A DNA stretch of 60,000 nucleotides from Lytechinus pictus (GCF_037042905.1 NC_087245.1:38194001-38254000); one strand, 5' to 3'. Shown: positions 25,501-35,380, counted from the stretch's first letter. Translations and numbers: made by a program. Notes: generated from the letters alone by a model not told the origin.

Positions 25501-28500
25501 GTTCAGTGATACTTGATTAACCTTATGTATAAGTTTCATGAACTAGGTCCATATATTTTCTAAGTTATGATGACATTTCAAAAACTTAACCTTAGGTTAA
25601 GATTTTGATGTTGATTCCCCCAACATGGTCTAAGTTCATTGACCCTAAATGACCTTTGACCTTGGTCATGTGACATGAAACTCAGGCAGGATGTTCAGTA
25701 ATACTTGATTAACCTTACGGCCAAGTTTCATGAACTAGGTCCATATACTTTCTAAGTTATGCTGTCATTTCAAAAACTTAACCTCAGGTTAAGATTTGGT
25801 GTTGACGCCGCCGCTGCCGCCGTCGGAAAAGCGGCGCCTATAGTCTCACTCTGCTATGCAGGTGAGACAAAAATGTATTGACTGAGGTGGGGGGGGGGGG
25901 GTGTGGCATCAACAGCTCAACATTTTTTGGTGATAAATTCTATCACAAGTATTTCTCGGCATGATGCTTCGTGACATTTTTCTTTCAAATCTTGCACATT
26001 TTTCATGTACCATAGTAAAATATGAGAGAAAGCAAGATAGCAGTGCTAATTACCGGTACTTGATTTATAAATCCTGGCTTGAGCCTGTGATGTTTGCCTT
26101 CAATATCTTTCCCCTGAGGAGAGGAGGCCAAAACGTATTCCGCCATGCTTAGCCCGAGACCACTGGTGTCCGAGCGAGGGGACATGACTGCATTCTCTTG
26201 ACCCTGGAAGGTCCCTGTGCTGGGGGAGAGCTGCCGTCTCTGCTGTACCATGATGGGCTGGGACACTGAATGGTCTATGGATGAAAGGAAAAAAATAAAC
26301 CCAGGATAGGTGGTAAAGACGGGGTAATAGTATGCAGCGCTTAGAAAACAATTTGCATTATTAAGCACTATATAAATGCTGCATACTATTATCCTTATCA
26401 TTATAGACAGCATTGTAAAGTGAAGAATGCCCAAAGAAAATCTTGGAGTTCTAAAAGGTGAAAAATCTGCATAGCCATGGGGCCAGTTTCAAAAAGCTGT
26501 TAGTTATGATTGATAGATGATTTTATGTACAATTGGTGACCTTTCTTGTGCTAACTAAGATACCCAAATTTTTCTGTTTGAACAGAAACAGGTTCCAATT
26601 CATGTAACCTGAATCAAACATAGTAGTGAATTCTCAAGATGCTTTATCAAAATAGCTTGGCCCTGAACTGCAGGTCTACCACTGATAAGCATTGTTTGTA
26701 ATGAATGATAATACTCACTGGAACCAGTTATTCCCGTTCCTCCAACCCAGGCATTAGGTGCCGGCCACTGATTGAAGATATCCTCATTTTTATTGTTCTC
26801 CTGTGCATCCCATAATTTCTGGAAAAAAAAAAATCAGATTAACGATGGTACACTCACATGTAAGCATATCAGAACTAAGTGACCGTGCTGACTGCAATGC
26901 ATTAATACTGAAAAGGGAGGATTCAACCTTGTTCATACAATGGTGTGCAAAGAGAAGGGAAAAATTACTTAAATAGAAAGGTGCAAGGTTGAAAAAAAAT
27001 TTGGATAAGGAATGAGAAAGTTATAGCTAATCAAAGGAATAATTAATTGGTTGGGGGATAAAGACAAGAAATATGAACATAATATTTCTTGAAAGTTATA
27101 ACTGTTTTGAAAATGAGATCACAAAAACTAAGTGAATTTCAAATTGGCTATTCTCATGACAAGTGGTAAGGACAACTTTCCCACGAGCCCTTGACTGAAC
27201 TTAGTTATTAGGGATCTGCAGTTTCCTCATTTAATGAACCTCATCCCCAGGGGAAGCAATATGTTTTGAACTAGTAAAATCCAGCTAAATTCTTAACTAG
27301 AACTACTGTCGAAAGAGAGGCCTACTTCTCTCAACATGCAGTGCATCATCTAAACATGTACTGCGAATACTATAATTTTTTTTTTTTTAGATTGTTCTTT
27401 GGGCCTGATGTTGCCATCATAAAATGATGAAAAGTGTACAAATTTACATTTGCGCATGAATTGGTACAAAAGCAAAACTGTCAATACCCCCACCAACTCC
27501 TCAGACATGTCGAATAGGCAAAACCTATCTTGACCAAAGCCAATCAGAGAGTAGAGCCTTACCTCGTCCATATTCCTAGGCCTACTGTCCCGGTCTAGAT
27601 CCAGGGCATGGAAATCATTTGTCATCCTATTCACATCTCCCGCAGAGCGGACCTGAAGCGGCAAATAGAGAAATACATGTATAATCGATGGATCTATTAA
27701 CAGCAAATCACTTGGTAGGGGGAGGGGCTCCAATTTGAACCACCCCAATGAAATCTATGATTGTTGTACAACCATCCTTTACAGATACATATAGGAAATT
27801 TTAATGTTGTAACCCGCACCCGTTGCGGTACGGGTTAACCTGCCGGTATGCCCCCGATCACGGGTTGCGGGCCGGGCCGAGTTCATTCTCAAACCCGCAG
27901 ACCGTCATGCGAAAAAAAAGGGAGAAGTAACGACGCATAATAAAAACATTAACAATGAAAATTGAGTTAGGATCATGTGCTTCTTACGTGGCGGATTCTT
28001 TTAGAGACGTAGATATTTCCTTTTTTAAAAATGCTGGCGTATTTTTGTCTTGTGAACAGTGAACAGGACTGAGACAGTTCGACATAAATACATCAGTTGC
28101 TCTTTCGAGGAAGGAGCGCGCGCCAGTGCAGCACAGCACAGTCTAGTCAAAATCAATCGCATAGGCCAATGAAACTCGATGTCGAGTTTCCCGTCCCATT
28201 TTTTCCAGCTCATAATGAGGATTTCATTATTCATTATTTTCCAGAAGATGAAAGTTTGACCTTTTGTAACCTTTGAACGCACTTTTATTCTGTGGAACTG
28301 TCTTGAAGCCAGGGAGCAAATCAATCATTTTTTTTCGGGGGTTCCATTTTCATTTTTTTGGTAATATTTCAGGGTCTCCATTTCTACCGTTTTGGAGGCT
28401 ACTTTTTTCATTTTGGGGGCTCTTTTCAAATGCTACGTTTTTGTATTTTGAGGAATCCCTGTTCACTTATTAAATTAATTATTACTTATTGTTTAATATT

Positions 28501-31500
28501 GCATGATTTTAAAGTTATTTTTTTCATCCTTAGAATCTTGGATGTGGGTGTGTTTGTGTGGGTGTGACTATGAGTTGAACTTGGATATAAATGAATTCAA
28601 TATCTAATTTCTACTCCATCTAATTCCAGTACTTGGCCATGTAATAAAGGCCCACATACCCTAACTTTTCCTGATGTTCTTTGAAAACGCAGATCTCCAC
28701 GAAAATTGCATTTCTCTATGGGGGAGTCTAAATTTGGTGAGAATGAACTCATTAATAACTTAAATATACATGACAATGAAGAAATCATCTAACTTTATTG
28801 GCAGTTTTGAATAATATTCCCGAAATATAAACTCTGTCTGAAACATAAAATCACCATCATTGAGGCCTTTACAGAGCGAATTGTCCCCCAGAGCTCTGGC
28901 AGAGAGACAGAGCTCAGACTGGCTAGCTAGTACAAGCGCCAATGCGTACGTGCGTGAGCCTCCCGTCGGCCTTGTAAAACAGATTGAGTTTTGTTTGATG
29001 ATTTTTTTGTCTGATATGCCGTATGACAACTCACCAATGCGAGGTTACTAGACTATGGGATTTATTGAGGTAGCTCGACCAAACCTCGAGCTATGTTCGT
29101 GCAGGCTCCACTCCACTTCACTACCGCTACATCGGGTAGGTAGAGCGTAGTGTAGCAGAAGTGAAGTTGAGTGGAGCCTGCACGAACATCGCTCGAGGTG
29201 TGGTTGAGCATGCAGTGTCATTCCATTCACAAGAAAAAAACAAGAAAAGAATTACAGGTATTTACATGATATACAAGTAATTGTGACTGAAAAGCTTATA
29301 TTAATGTTTTATATCAGTTCTGAATCTAGATCTATGTCAAAATAGTAAAATAATGAATTATTTTCAGAATTTGATTTTTAAACGCGGTCCAAATTTCATA
29401 ACGCGGGCGGGCGACGGGAAACTGAACATCGAATTTGCTGGGCAGCCTGGGCTACATGTAGCTAGCGCGCGCTGAGCTGCGGCTCCGATCCGAGGAGTTA
29501 ATTGCGCAATGCTTTCGATTACGAGATCAGAGCCGACCCATTTCGGGTACAAAGTAACCCCCAAAAACATTTTCTCTCCGGAATAAAAGGCGAATTTGCA
29601 AATTGTAAGTAAATTCACTCTAGGCTAGGTTAGTAGTTGGCATATATTTTCGTGATTTGAGCCTGTATAGTGTGGGGATTGCAGAAATAATTTTCATTTT
29701 TCAAAGATAAATTTACTTGCGGGTTAAAACCCGACGGGTCAGTGGGTCCCGCTTGCAAATTATTGGATTATACGGGACGGTACGGTTCGGTTCGGGTTTT
29801 CACTTGCGGTTACAACATTAGGAAATTTTCATACTTTAGATTTTTATGACGTCAAAATGCCCCATTAAAAAATTTGGTCTGATTAAGTCCCGTTAAAATA
29901 GTGTGAAATGTATAGTCCGACCTGGGGACAACTTACATGTAAGGGATGGTCCGGGCTGAAATTATTTATATATAAATAAATAGAGTAAAATTTTTTGAGC
30001 AAAATGCTGAATATTTCATCAAAATCGGATAACAAATAACAAAGTTAATAAATGTTAAAGTTTTTCAATATTCTGTGATAAGCTATATGCACATTGTGAT
30101 GAATATTCATTAGGTGGGCTGATGATGTCATATCCCCACTTTCCGTATTCTTATGTTATTACATGAAATCATAATTGTTTCATTTTTTCATACATGGGTA
30201 AATGATGCATCTACATTATGATGATATAAGTTGCGGCAATAAATAACTAATGCACTTAATCAGTCGTCAATCCAATTGTTTTAGTTCTTGGTAGAAAAAT
30301 TTTGAATAAACCTAATTTCATGTAATAAAATACACAAAAGAACAAGTGGGAATATGACATAATCAGCCCACTTAATGGATATTCATGAAGATATGCCTAG
30401 AACTGTTTCACCGGAATAATGCAAATCTTTAAAATGCAATAACTTCATTATTTGACATCCGAGTTTGATCAAATTTTCAGCATTTTGCTCTGTGAATTTT
30501 ACTCTATTGAGATATGTACATATCTCCAGCCTCGACCATTAATTTTTGGGCGGGTACCCAAAAGTCATCTCGCATGAAATATGACTGGTGGAAAAACCCC
30601 ATATGTGACGTCATCCAGCCACTGCCGCAAGCCAATTTATGAATGAAAATATAGTAAGCATGTGGTGTGCAAGCCTCCCAGTGCCCCACGCAGTATTCCA
30701 TCAAAACAAGTCTGCAATACTCTTTCACCTCGTACCAAAATCGACCTAGAATTCCACTTTCCTATATTTTATATGAATTATAAAAAGGTATTCTCGGAGG
30801 AACTGTTTTCTCACCGATACCAAACAGGTAAGCAAATTTTGATTACTTCTTGCTTTTCCGTCAAAATCTTAGAAGTACATTGTAGCGTTGATATTGCATT
30901 GTGTTCATGAGTTTGGAGAATCTATCGCCACATGCACAAAGTCAATTGATTTCCGGGTTTCGGAGCATCAAATGCGCCAGCCAATCACGGTTGTGTTACC
31001 ATTTTCGATTTCTGATGAACTGAAAAAGGTAACACAAACGTGATTGGCTGGTGCTTCATATGCTCAAGCTGCAAAAGAAACATGGCGACAATTAAACAAT
31101 CTCAGTCACATCATCACTTGAGAAAGTTTATGGATATTTCAAGGGCAATTGGTGAGATTCAAAATGAGACTTGTTTACTCTTGTGATGAGTTACAATCAT
31201 GTCTTACACTACGCAATACAAATCAAATACATGTATGTTATACTGGTAAGCAATTTTCTGGTATAGGGTATTGACTTTTCTTCCTTGGTACCCGAGGCTT
31301 CCGGGACCCAGGTTTAAGTCCCAGCCCTTCTTTTGATATAAAACCTACAGATTCAAATGCATGTGATTGGTTAAAAAATATCAGGATGAAATCTGTCTTT
31401 AGCTTCTGATATCCTTATATTATACTTGTAAGATAACTGCTTGAAAAGATTATTTTTTTAAAGAAAAATTAAAACATTACAGAGTGAGGGCATCTGGATA

Positions 31501-31797
31501 CAAAATTCGAGGACTTTACATGTATATTCAACTTGATGTCGGGGTTACCTCAAGTTCACTTACCTGATCAAGGACAGAGTCGTCCCCTACGGCCCATCTC
31601 TGCTTGAACTGCCCTCCTGATTCGTTCATGGTGTTGCTGGGCCTCTGGTAGAAATAACCTACTTGTGCGTCGTCTCTCGTGCGCTGTGGCTGTGCCATAC
31701 GATTGTATCCTTGTCTCACGCCGCTGCTGTTGGAAAGTGCTTGACTGCCACCGCTGTTGTTATTACGTGCGGAATTCTCCCATGCAACATCATTCAT
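4568..31797 (-). CDS. pum: Pumilio homolog (PUF RNA-binding protein), spliced CDS of 21 exons, about 1193 aa
   Basis: Exons (5'->3'): 31797-31564, 27652-27563, 26818-26719, 26274-26054, 24756-24575, 23115-22782, 22329-22227, 21596-21513, 20563-20430, 19624-19384, 18625-18497, 16542-16321, 14700-14509, 12292-12170, 9101-8884, 8493-8218, 7445-7308, 6953-6801, 6051-5957, 5394-5311, 4796-4568. Phases join in frame (3582 nt). Contains 8 PUF repeats with canonical recognition motifs (SRFIQ, NYVIQ, CRVIQ, NHVVQ, CRVIQ, NYVIQ, SNVVE, NYVVQ) and N-terminal PUM1/2-like blocks ([45 protein letters not shown]). Confidence 0.96.
5311..5394 (-). CDS. pum: pumilio PUM-HD exon, repeat 7
   Basis: [28 protein letters not shown]. 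Confidence 0.97.
5957..6051 (-). CDS. pum: pumilio PUM-HD exon, repeats 6-7
   Basis: [32 protein letters not shown]. Confidence 0.97.
6231..6480 (+). mobile_element. tRNA-derived SINE (tRNA-Met-like head)
   Basis: TGGTCCAGTGG A-box, CTCATAA loop and GAGTTCGAATA B-box, followed by a non-tRNA body. Confidence 0.65.
6801..6953 (-). CDS. pum: pumilio PUM-HD exon, repeats 5-6
   Basis: [18 protein letters not shown]...[12 protein letters not shown]. Confidence 0.98.
7308..7445 (-). CDS. pum: pumilio PUM-HD exon, repeat 4
   Basis: [26 protein letters not shown]. Confidence 0.98.
7602..7880. mobile_element. MITE (Harbinger-like GGGCCC termini)
   Basis: TIR GGGCCCGTCTTATAAAGAGTT...AACTCTTTGTAAGACGGGGC; second copy at 44072-44335. 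Confidence 0.75.
8218..8493 (-). CDS. pum: pumilio PUM-HD exon, repeats 1-3
   Basis: [16 protein letters not shown]...[16 protein letters not shown]...[13 protein letters not shown]. Confidence 0.98.
8884..9101 (-). CDS. pum: pumilio exon, start of PUM-HD (GEVKYRS...[31 protein letters not shown])
   Basis: Diagnostic [13 protein letters not shown] motif. Confidence 0.96.
9450..10169. mobile_element. piggyBac-like MITE, copy 1, inverted relative to copies 2 and 3
   Basis: TTAA|CCCT...AGGG|TTAA ends; body is the reverse complement of 15119-15892. Confidence 0.85.
12170..12292 (-). CDS. pum: pumilio exon ([17 protein letters not shown]...SYSVPSP) ending at a probable GC donor
   Basis: Strong TTTTCAG acceptor. 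The CAG|GCAAGC donor gives [10 protein letters not shown], which aligns with PUM1 APGAEAKYRS. An alternative weak GT donor would end the exon at 12206. Confidence 0.7.
14509..14700 (-). CDS. pum: pumilio exon (...[15 protein letters not shown]...SLTPPPS...)
   Basis: Conserved RRDSL and TPPPS motifs; GTAAGT donor; phase 1-1. Confidence 0.92.
15119..15892. mobile_element. piggyBac-like MITE, copy 2
   Basis: TTAA target duplication, CCCTAA...TTAGGG termini. Confidence 0.88.
16321..16542 (-). CDS. pum: pumilio exon ([22 protein letters not shown]...)
   Basis: CAG acceptor, G|GTAAGA donor, phase 1-1, open frame. Confidence 0.88.
16693..17453. mobile_element. piggyBac-like MITE, copy 3, nested in another MITE (about 16577-17770)
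   Basis: TTAA target duplication; near-identical to copy 2. Confidence 0.88.
18497..18625 (-). CDS. pum: pumilio exon ([14 protein letters not shown]...[15 protein letters not shown])
   Basis: Conserved YYDQTGAL and PVRLV motifs; CAG|GTAAGC donor. Confidence 0.94.
19013..19378 (+). mobile_element. tRNA-derived SINE with conserved CCCAGGTG..AAATGGGTACC core and LINE-type tail
   Basis: A/B boxes (TGGTGTAGTGG, GTTCGAATCC), duplicated 18-bp 5' end, tail AAGCGCTTTATAAAAATTGGCTATTATAAT. Confidence 0.8.
19384..19624 (-). CDS. pum: pumilio poly-glutamine exon (RPMTPS-Q35-AGTPQ...); TAGCAG tandem acceptor
   Basis: RPMTP matches PUM1 RPLTP; CAG/CAA tract at 19460-19564; CAG|GTTAGT donor. Confidence 0.92.
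19691..19990 (-). mobile_element. tRNA-derived SINE, related family, with (TAT)n tail
   Basis: TGGCCCAGTGG and GGTTCAAATCC boxes, CCCAGGTGAGGTGAATGGGTACC core; a fragment of the same core is at about 53925-54050. Confidence 0.8.
20430..20563 (-). CDS. pum: pumilio exon ([21 protein letters not shown]...)
   Basis: Resembles PUM1 PAVVPHQYYGVTPWGVYP; CAG|GTTAGT donor. Confidence 0.93.
20854..21264. mobile_element. TIR element inserted in an older repeat
   Basis: Inverted ends CTGTCACCCGGG / CCCGGGTGACAG; CpG-rich interior. Confidence 0.55.
21513..21596 (-). CDS. pum: pumilio exon ([19 protein letters not shown]...)
   Basis: Resembles PUM1 PNPYIISAAPPGTDPY; canonical splice sites. Confidence 0.93.
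22227..22329 (-). CDS. pum: pumilio exon (QMFQQR...[21 protein letters not shown])
   Basis: Resembles PUM1 [25 protein letters not shown] donor. Confidence 0.93.
22782..23115 (-). CDS. pum: pumilio exon ([12 protein letters not shown]...[10 protein letters not shown]...DQSQ)
   Basis: Conserved RTPGSRxASPTE motif; TAG acceptor, CAG|GTAAAT donor. Confidence 0.93.
23246..24058 (-). mobile_element. Helentron/HINE (DINE-1-like) non-autonomous element with internal tandem repeats
   Basis: Subterminal inverted repeat GTCTCACCTGCAT, terminal stem-loop, GCC-type microsatellite, central repeats, T-run insertion site. Confidence 0.7.
24575..24756 (-). CDS. pum: pumilio exon (DGSGGQ...KSKTPSPFE...DPNAFS)
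   Basis: TAG acceptor, AG|GTCAGT donor, phase 0-2. Confidence 0.88.
24920..25873 (-). mobile_element. Helentron/HINE-like element, second copy, with one extra internal repeat unit
   Basis: Near-identical to 23246-24058. Further copies or fragments at 12436-12620, 32144-32409, 45338-45885, 46570-46815 and 48420-48765. Confidence 0.7.
26054..26274 (-). CDS. pum: pumilio exon ([10 protein letters not shown]...[22 protein letters not shown]...)
   Basis: Conserved Pumilio N-terminal motif; TAG acceptor, CCG|GTAATT donor. Confidence 0.93.
26719..26818 (-). CDS. pum: pumilio exon ([24 protein letters not shown]...)
   Basis: Polypyrimidine-CAG acceptor, GTGAGT donor, phase 0-1 fits both neighbours. 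Confidence 0.88.
27563..27652 (-). CDS. pum: pumilio exon ([30 protein letters not shown])
   Basis: CAG acceptor, GAG|GTAAGG donor; resembles PUM1 VRSMDELNHDFQALAL. Confidence 0.92.
27802..29820. mobile_element. Non-autonomous hAT-type DNA transposon (2.0 kb)
   Basis: TIR TAATGTTGTAACC...GGTTACAACATTA; perfect 8-bp TSD GGAAATTT (27794-27801 and 29821-29828); subterminal ACCCG repeats; no transposase ORF. Confidence 0.85.
31564..31797 (-). CDS. pum: pumilio coding exon 1 (MNDVAWENS...[11 protein letters not shown]...[12 protein letters not shown]); exon likely starts at acceptor 31886
   Basis: ATG at 31797; CAG|GTAAGT donor; resembles vertebrate PUM1 DDAMVDYFFQR...RWPTGD. Confidence 0.88.
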
Positions 31798-33718
31798 TTT
31801 TTTTCTTTCTGATACAGACCCGCTGCTTGTCGTGTCCTGCTGAAGCTATGTACAATATATATATATGCAGGCACCACACATTAGGCCTGAAAGAAAAAAA
31901 AAGTATTTGCATACTTGCTTTGAAAAGGCAATCTTTTTAAGTTAATGATAATACCATGAAAAGAGAATAGAAGTACCTATGGTACCATTAAATTGCAGTG
32001 TGGTGAGCATTTAACATACTTTGCTATAATCTGTATTTTGAAGGAAATTATTTGTTTTTTAAATTGTATATCTCAGAGTCTACTGCATTGAATTTGCACA
32101 TTTATAGATAAAGTTAAATGCGACTTCCGATTTGCCAGCAGTGAACCTTCGGTTAAGATTTTGATGTTGATTCCCCCAACGTGGTCTAAGTTCATTGACC
32201 CTAATTGACCTTTGACCTTGGTCATGTGACATCAGACTGACAGGATGTTCAGTAATACTTGATAACCATTATGTCCAAGTTTTCATGAACTAGGCCCATA
32301 TACTTTATAAGTTATGATGACATTTAAAAAACTTGATGTTGACGACGCCGCCGCGGCCGTAGGAAAAGCGGCGCCTTTAGGTCTCGCTCTGCCATGCAGG
32401 TGAGACAAATATCATGAAAAGGATTCCGAGATCGCACCTGTTCAATCTATCACAAGAAAATCTGCAATGGCCGCCACGGGGGTTCCCCACGGCGGGAAAT
32501 TGGACACCCTTCCAAATATGGCACTCTCAATAATATCAGACATATCGGCCGATTGAATTGGAAAGGCGTGTTGTTGACGCGCACACTCGTTTTCAGAACG
32601 AAGTCACGCGCAGCTGAGCGAAGACGTCTGACGTTTAGAGCCAAAAGAGATCTGTTTGGTAATTATCATTCACCAATTTCTAAATCAAAATTATTGATAG
32701 TAATAATCAAAATCGGCATTTGCACAGCTGATATAACTATTTTCTCAACAATCAAGCAAATTATTTTAAGGTGTTTAGAGCATGATTTAAACCGCCAAAA
32801 TTGATCACGGCACTCAACTTTGCGATATTTGGAAACTGCGTCCGATATTTGGCAAAAAACAACCTTCTGGTAGTAAGTAAATAATTTCCGTTAACCATAT
32901 ACCTTTATACTTTTATTCCACATCTACTGGAAAAATAGTTGTTCCTGCAGTCAAGTTTCCAGGTCTATCTTGTTGTCTTTCTAACTTGGATAAATTTGAA
33001 AACTGAGTCTGTGCTATTTGTGCAATGTGCTGTGCCAATGTATTGAAATGAAAAAGGCACTATTCCCATGCGTGCACATATAATGCCATGTAGACCATAA
33101 CTTGTCTTAACTTTGTCTTGAAGCTATCAATTGTTGATGTTGATTAAAATATTTGTATATTTTAATATATTAATATTCAACATTTGTTCTATGGAAATAC
33201 ACATGACTTTGATTCAATGATTGTACTTTCGTTTTGGTCCAATTGTGGGCGCTAATGCCGTTTCGCACCAGCAGATTATTACCAGCATACCTCACCACCA
33301 GTAGGATGGGGGGTCGGGTGTCCGGAAACTTTATATTTTTGAAGCCTTCTTTTTTGTCTTTGGATTACACTAAAAATATGAATTCAATAGTTATAATCAT
33401 CCTCAATTTTGTTCTAATATTTCCAAACATTTTCTACTAAAAATTGATGAAACTTCGCTTGTAAATTTTTCCAAATGACTTTCTAAAATTTATTGTCCGG
33501 ACACACAACCTGTCCGGACAAACAAAAACTGGGTATAATTGTTCACAAATGTCATAGCAAGTCTCTCAGTCTCAGTCGCATTCGTATTTCGAGGTCAGTA
33601 TACCCACCGCTTTTCCAAATATCGCAATTGGTAACGCCAACGGCTGTATTTCAGCTTCGAACTCTACTACATCGCTCGTTCAATCTTCAGTCAGACATCG
33701 CTTCATTCACTTGGCTTC

Positions 33719-33890
33719 GTGTGTGTGTATTTGAGTTTTGTCAGACGTGTATAAATCAGATATTATTATTTACGTCTGGGACCGAACTTTAACGTCACCA
33801 TCCGAAAGACGTGACCAGGGCTCGAACCTCTGCATCAATTTGTAACTTCCCCACAGCTTGGATTACAGGCGCACGCCACAACGCCCAGTC
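33719..33890 (-). mobile_element. Chimeric SINE: 7SL (Alu-domain) head, B-box, Deu-like core, (CA)n tail
   Basis: 5' GACTGGGCGTTGTGGCGTGCGCCTGTAATCCAAGCTGTGGGGAAGTT aligns with the 7SL 5' end; GGTTCGAGCCC B-box at 33818-33828; CGTCTTTCGGATGGTGACGTTAAAG core; tail AAACTCAAATACACACACAC. Confidence 0.65.
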
Positions 33891-33914
33891 ACCGCTTCAC
33901 CGCTCGCCGTATAT

Positions 33915-34341
33915 CAGTAGAGGCGCACGGCCAATATTGGAGACTGTCTCCAATGTGGGAGATTATCTCCAATATCAGAAACTTTTGTAAAGAATTTGGG
34001 TATCCAATTTCAGAGACAGTTCCCAGTTTTGGAGTCCAATTTCCTTTGTTTACATTTGCTGCAAAAGGATTACCTTGGCGGCAAATAAAAATGTGATAAG
34101 CAGATTCCTCATGAAAAATTACCCCTTTTCACCGTCTACTTTTGTTTTGATAAGGATTTTTGTTGTCAATCACACACAAAATAAATGGGCTTCTGACCTC
34201 AGTGAGACAAAATTTTGGATGGAAAAAATCAAGCTTTTGTTGGTGTTGTTTCTTTTGTCCTTTTGCAAAGCAAGTCTCCAATGTGGGAGATTGTCTCCCC
34301 TATTGGAGAGAGTCTCCCATATTGGCCGTGCGCCTCTACTG
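33915..34341. mobile_element. MITE
   Basis: TIR CAGTAGAGGCGCACGGCCAATA, TA-rich flanks. Confidence 0.8.
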
Positions 34342-35251
34342 TATATGTTGATACTGTATGAACTGAAGTTAGCGACCAAAATATTTGCCTACGGCATGCC
34401 GGCAGTTTGTTCGCCACATGTTTGCACGATTTGGTCACTTACTTCGGTCCATATCACCATTACGGCGCGCGGCGAAGCGATGTCCGACTGACGACATCAG
34501 GATCAAAGCCAAAAATAAAATACAGCCGTTCCCAGCCGGTGCGAAACTGCATAGGCCTACACAGCGCCCAATTCCTTAACTCTAAGTTAAGAAGTTAAGA
34601 CAAGTGTCCGATATTTTAGCCCTTTACTCTAACTATAGTATTATTTTGAACCTTCTCCATATTTTAATTTTCAATTTTGGGTGGCTTTCGCAAAAAAGAA
34701 CTCTTCCCGGATTGGGAACTGTGCAGATTGCACTACCAGTACCAGTCCAGATACCATTTCCACTGCACTGGCATGACTGGCACAGTGCCAGTGGCACTGC
34801 ACTGCACTGTACTTGTCTCTGACTCTGTCTGTCTCTGCACAGACTCCGCTATTTCTGGCAAAAATTCGCTTCTTATCTTAATTTCTGTAGAAATCACAAA
34901 AGGGCTAAAATATTCAATAAACAGGAAAATAGCATAATGCAGGTACGAGGAGATACAAGACAAAGAGATCAAAATCCACGTTTATCGACATCGTTCATGG
35001 CTGCATGTTCCACTACACACGCACAGTCTCAATACACAAGCACAGCCCAGTCATAGAGTCATACGCAATCCAAGCATAGCTGCCATTGTTTACAGAACTC
35101 AATCATAACAAAAAGCGTGTACGACCCTACAGTTATGATTAGTTTTAAAACATGATACTCTTCATTGAAAATTAAAAGCATATAACAAATACTGAATAGT
35201 ATATCCATTTACAAGTTCGCAAATCAACAATGTTCGATCACCAATACTTAC

Positions 35252-35380
35252 TGCGATGCAGCCCGATTATGACAACATCTCGACAATCATAGCTGCGGCA
35301 GCAGCGGGCGACATTTTGAACCGTAGTGCATTGTGGGTGCCATGTGCTTGACCAAAATCGGATTGTTGTAAGTGACGTCA
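35252..35380 (-). promoter_or_regulatory. Probable pumilio promoter and non-coding first exon
   Basis: GCA|GTAAGT donor at 35251, CpG-rich segment, ZNF143/Staf-type CCCACAATGCAC (35326-35337), perfect CRE TGACGTCA (35373-35380). Confidence 0.55.

Noticed and set aside
27802..29820. Transposase remnants in the hAT-type element
   Set aside because: The short ORFs show no recognisable BED, DDE or dimerisation motifs.
33845..33890. Genuine 7SL gene or human Alu contamination
   Set aside because: Only about 46 nt resemble 7SL, with no S domain; the downstream sequence is not Alu and the flanks are native.
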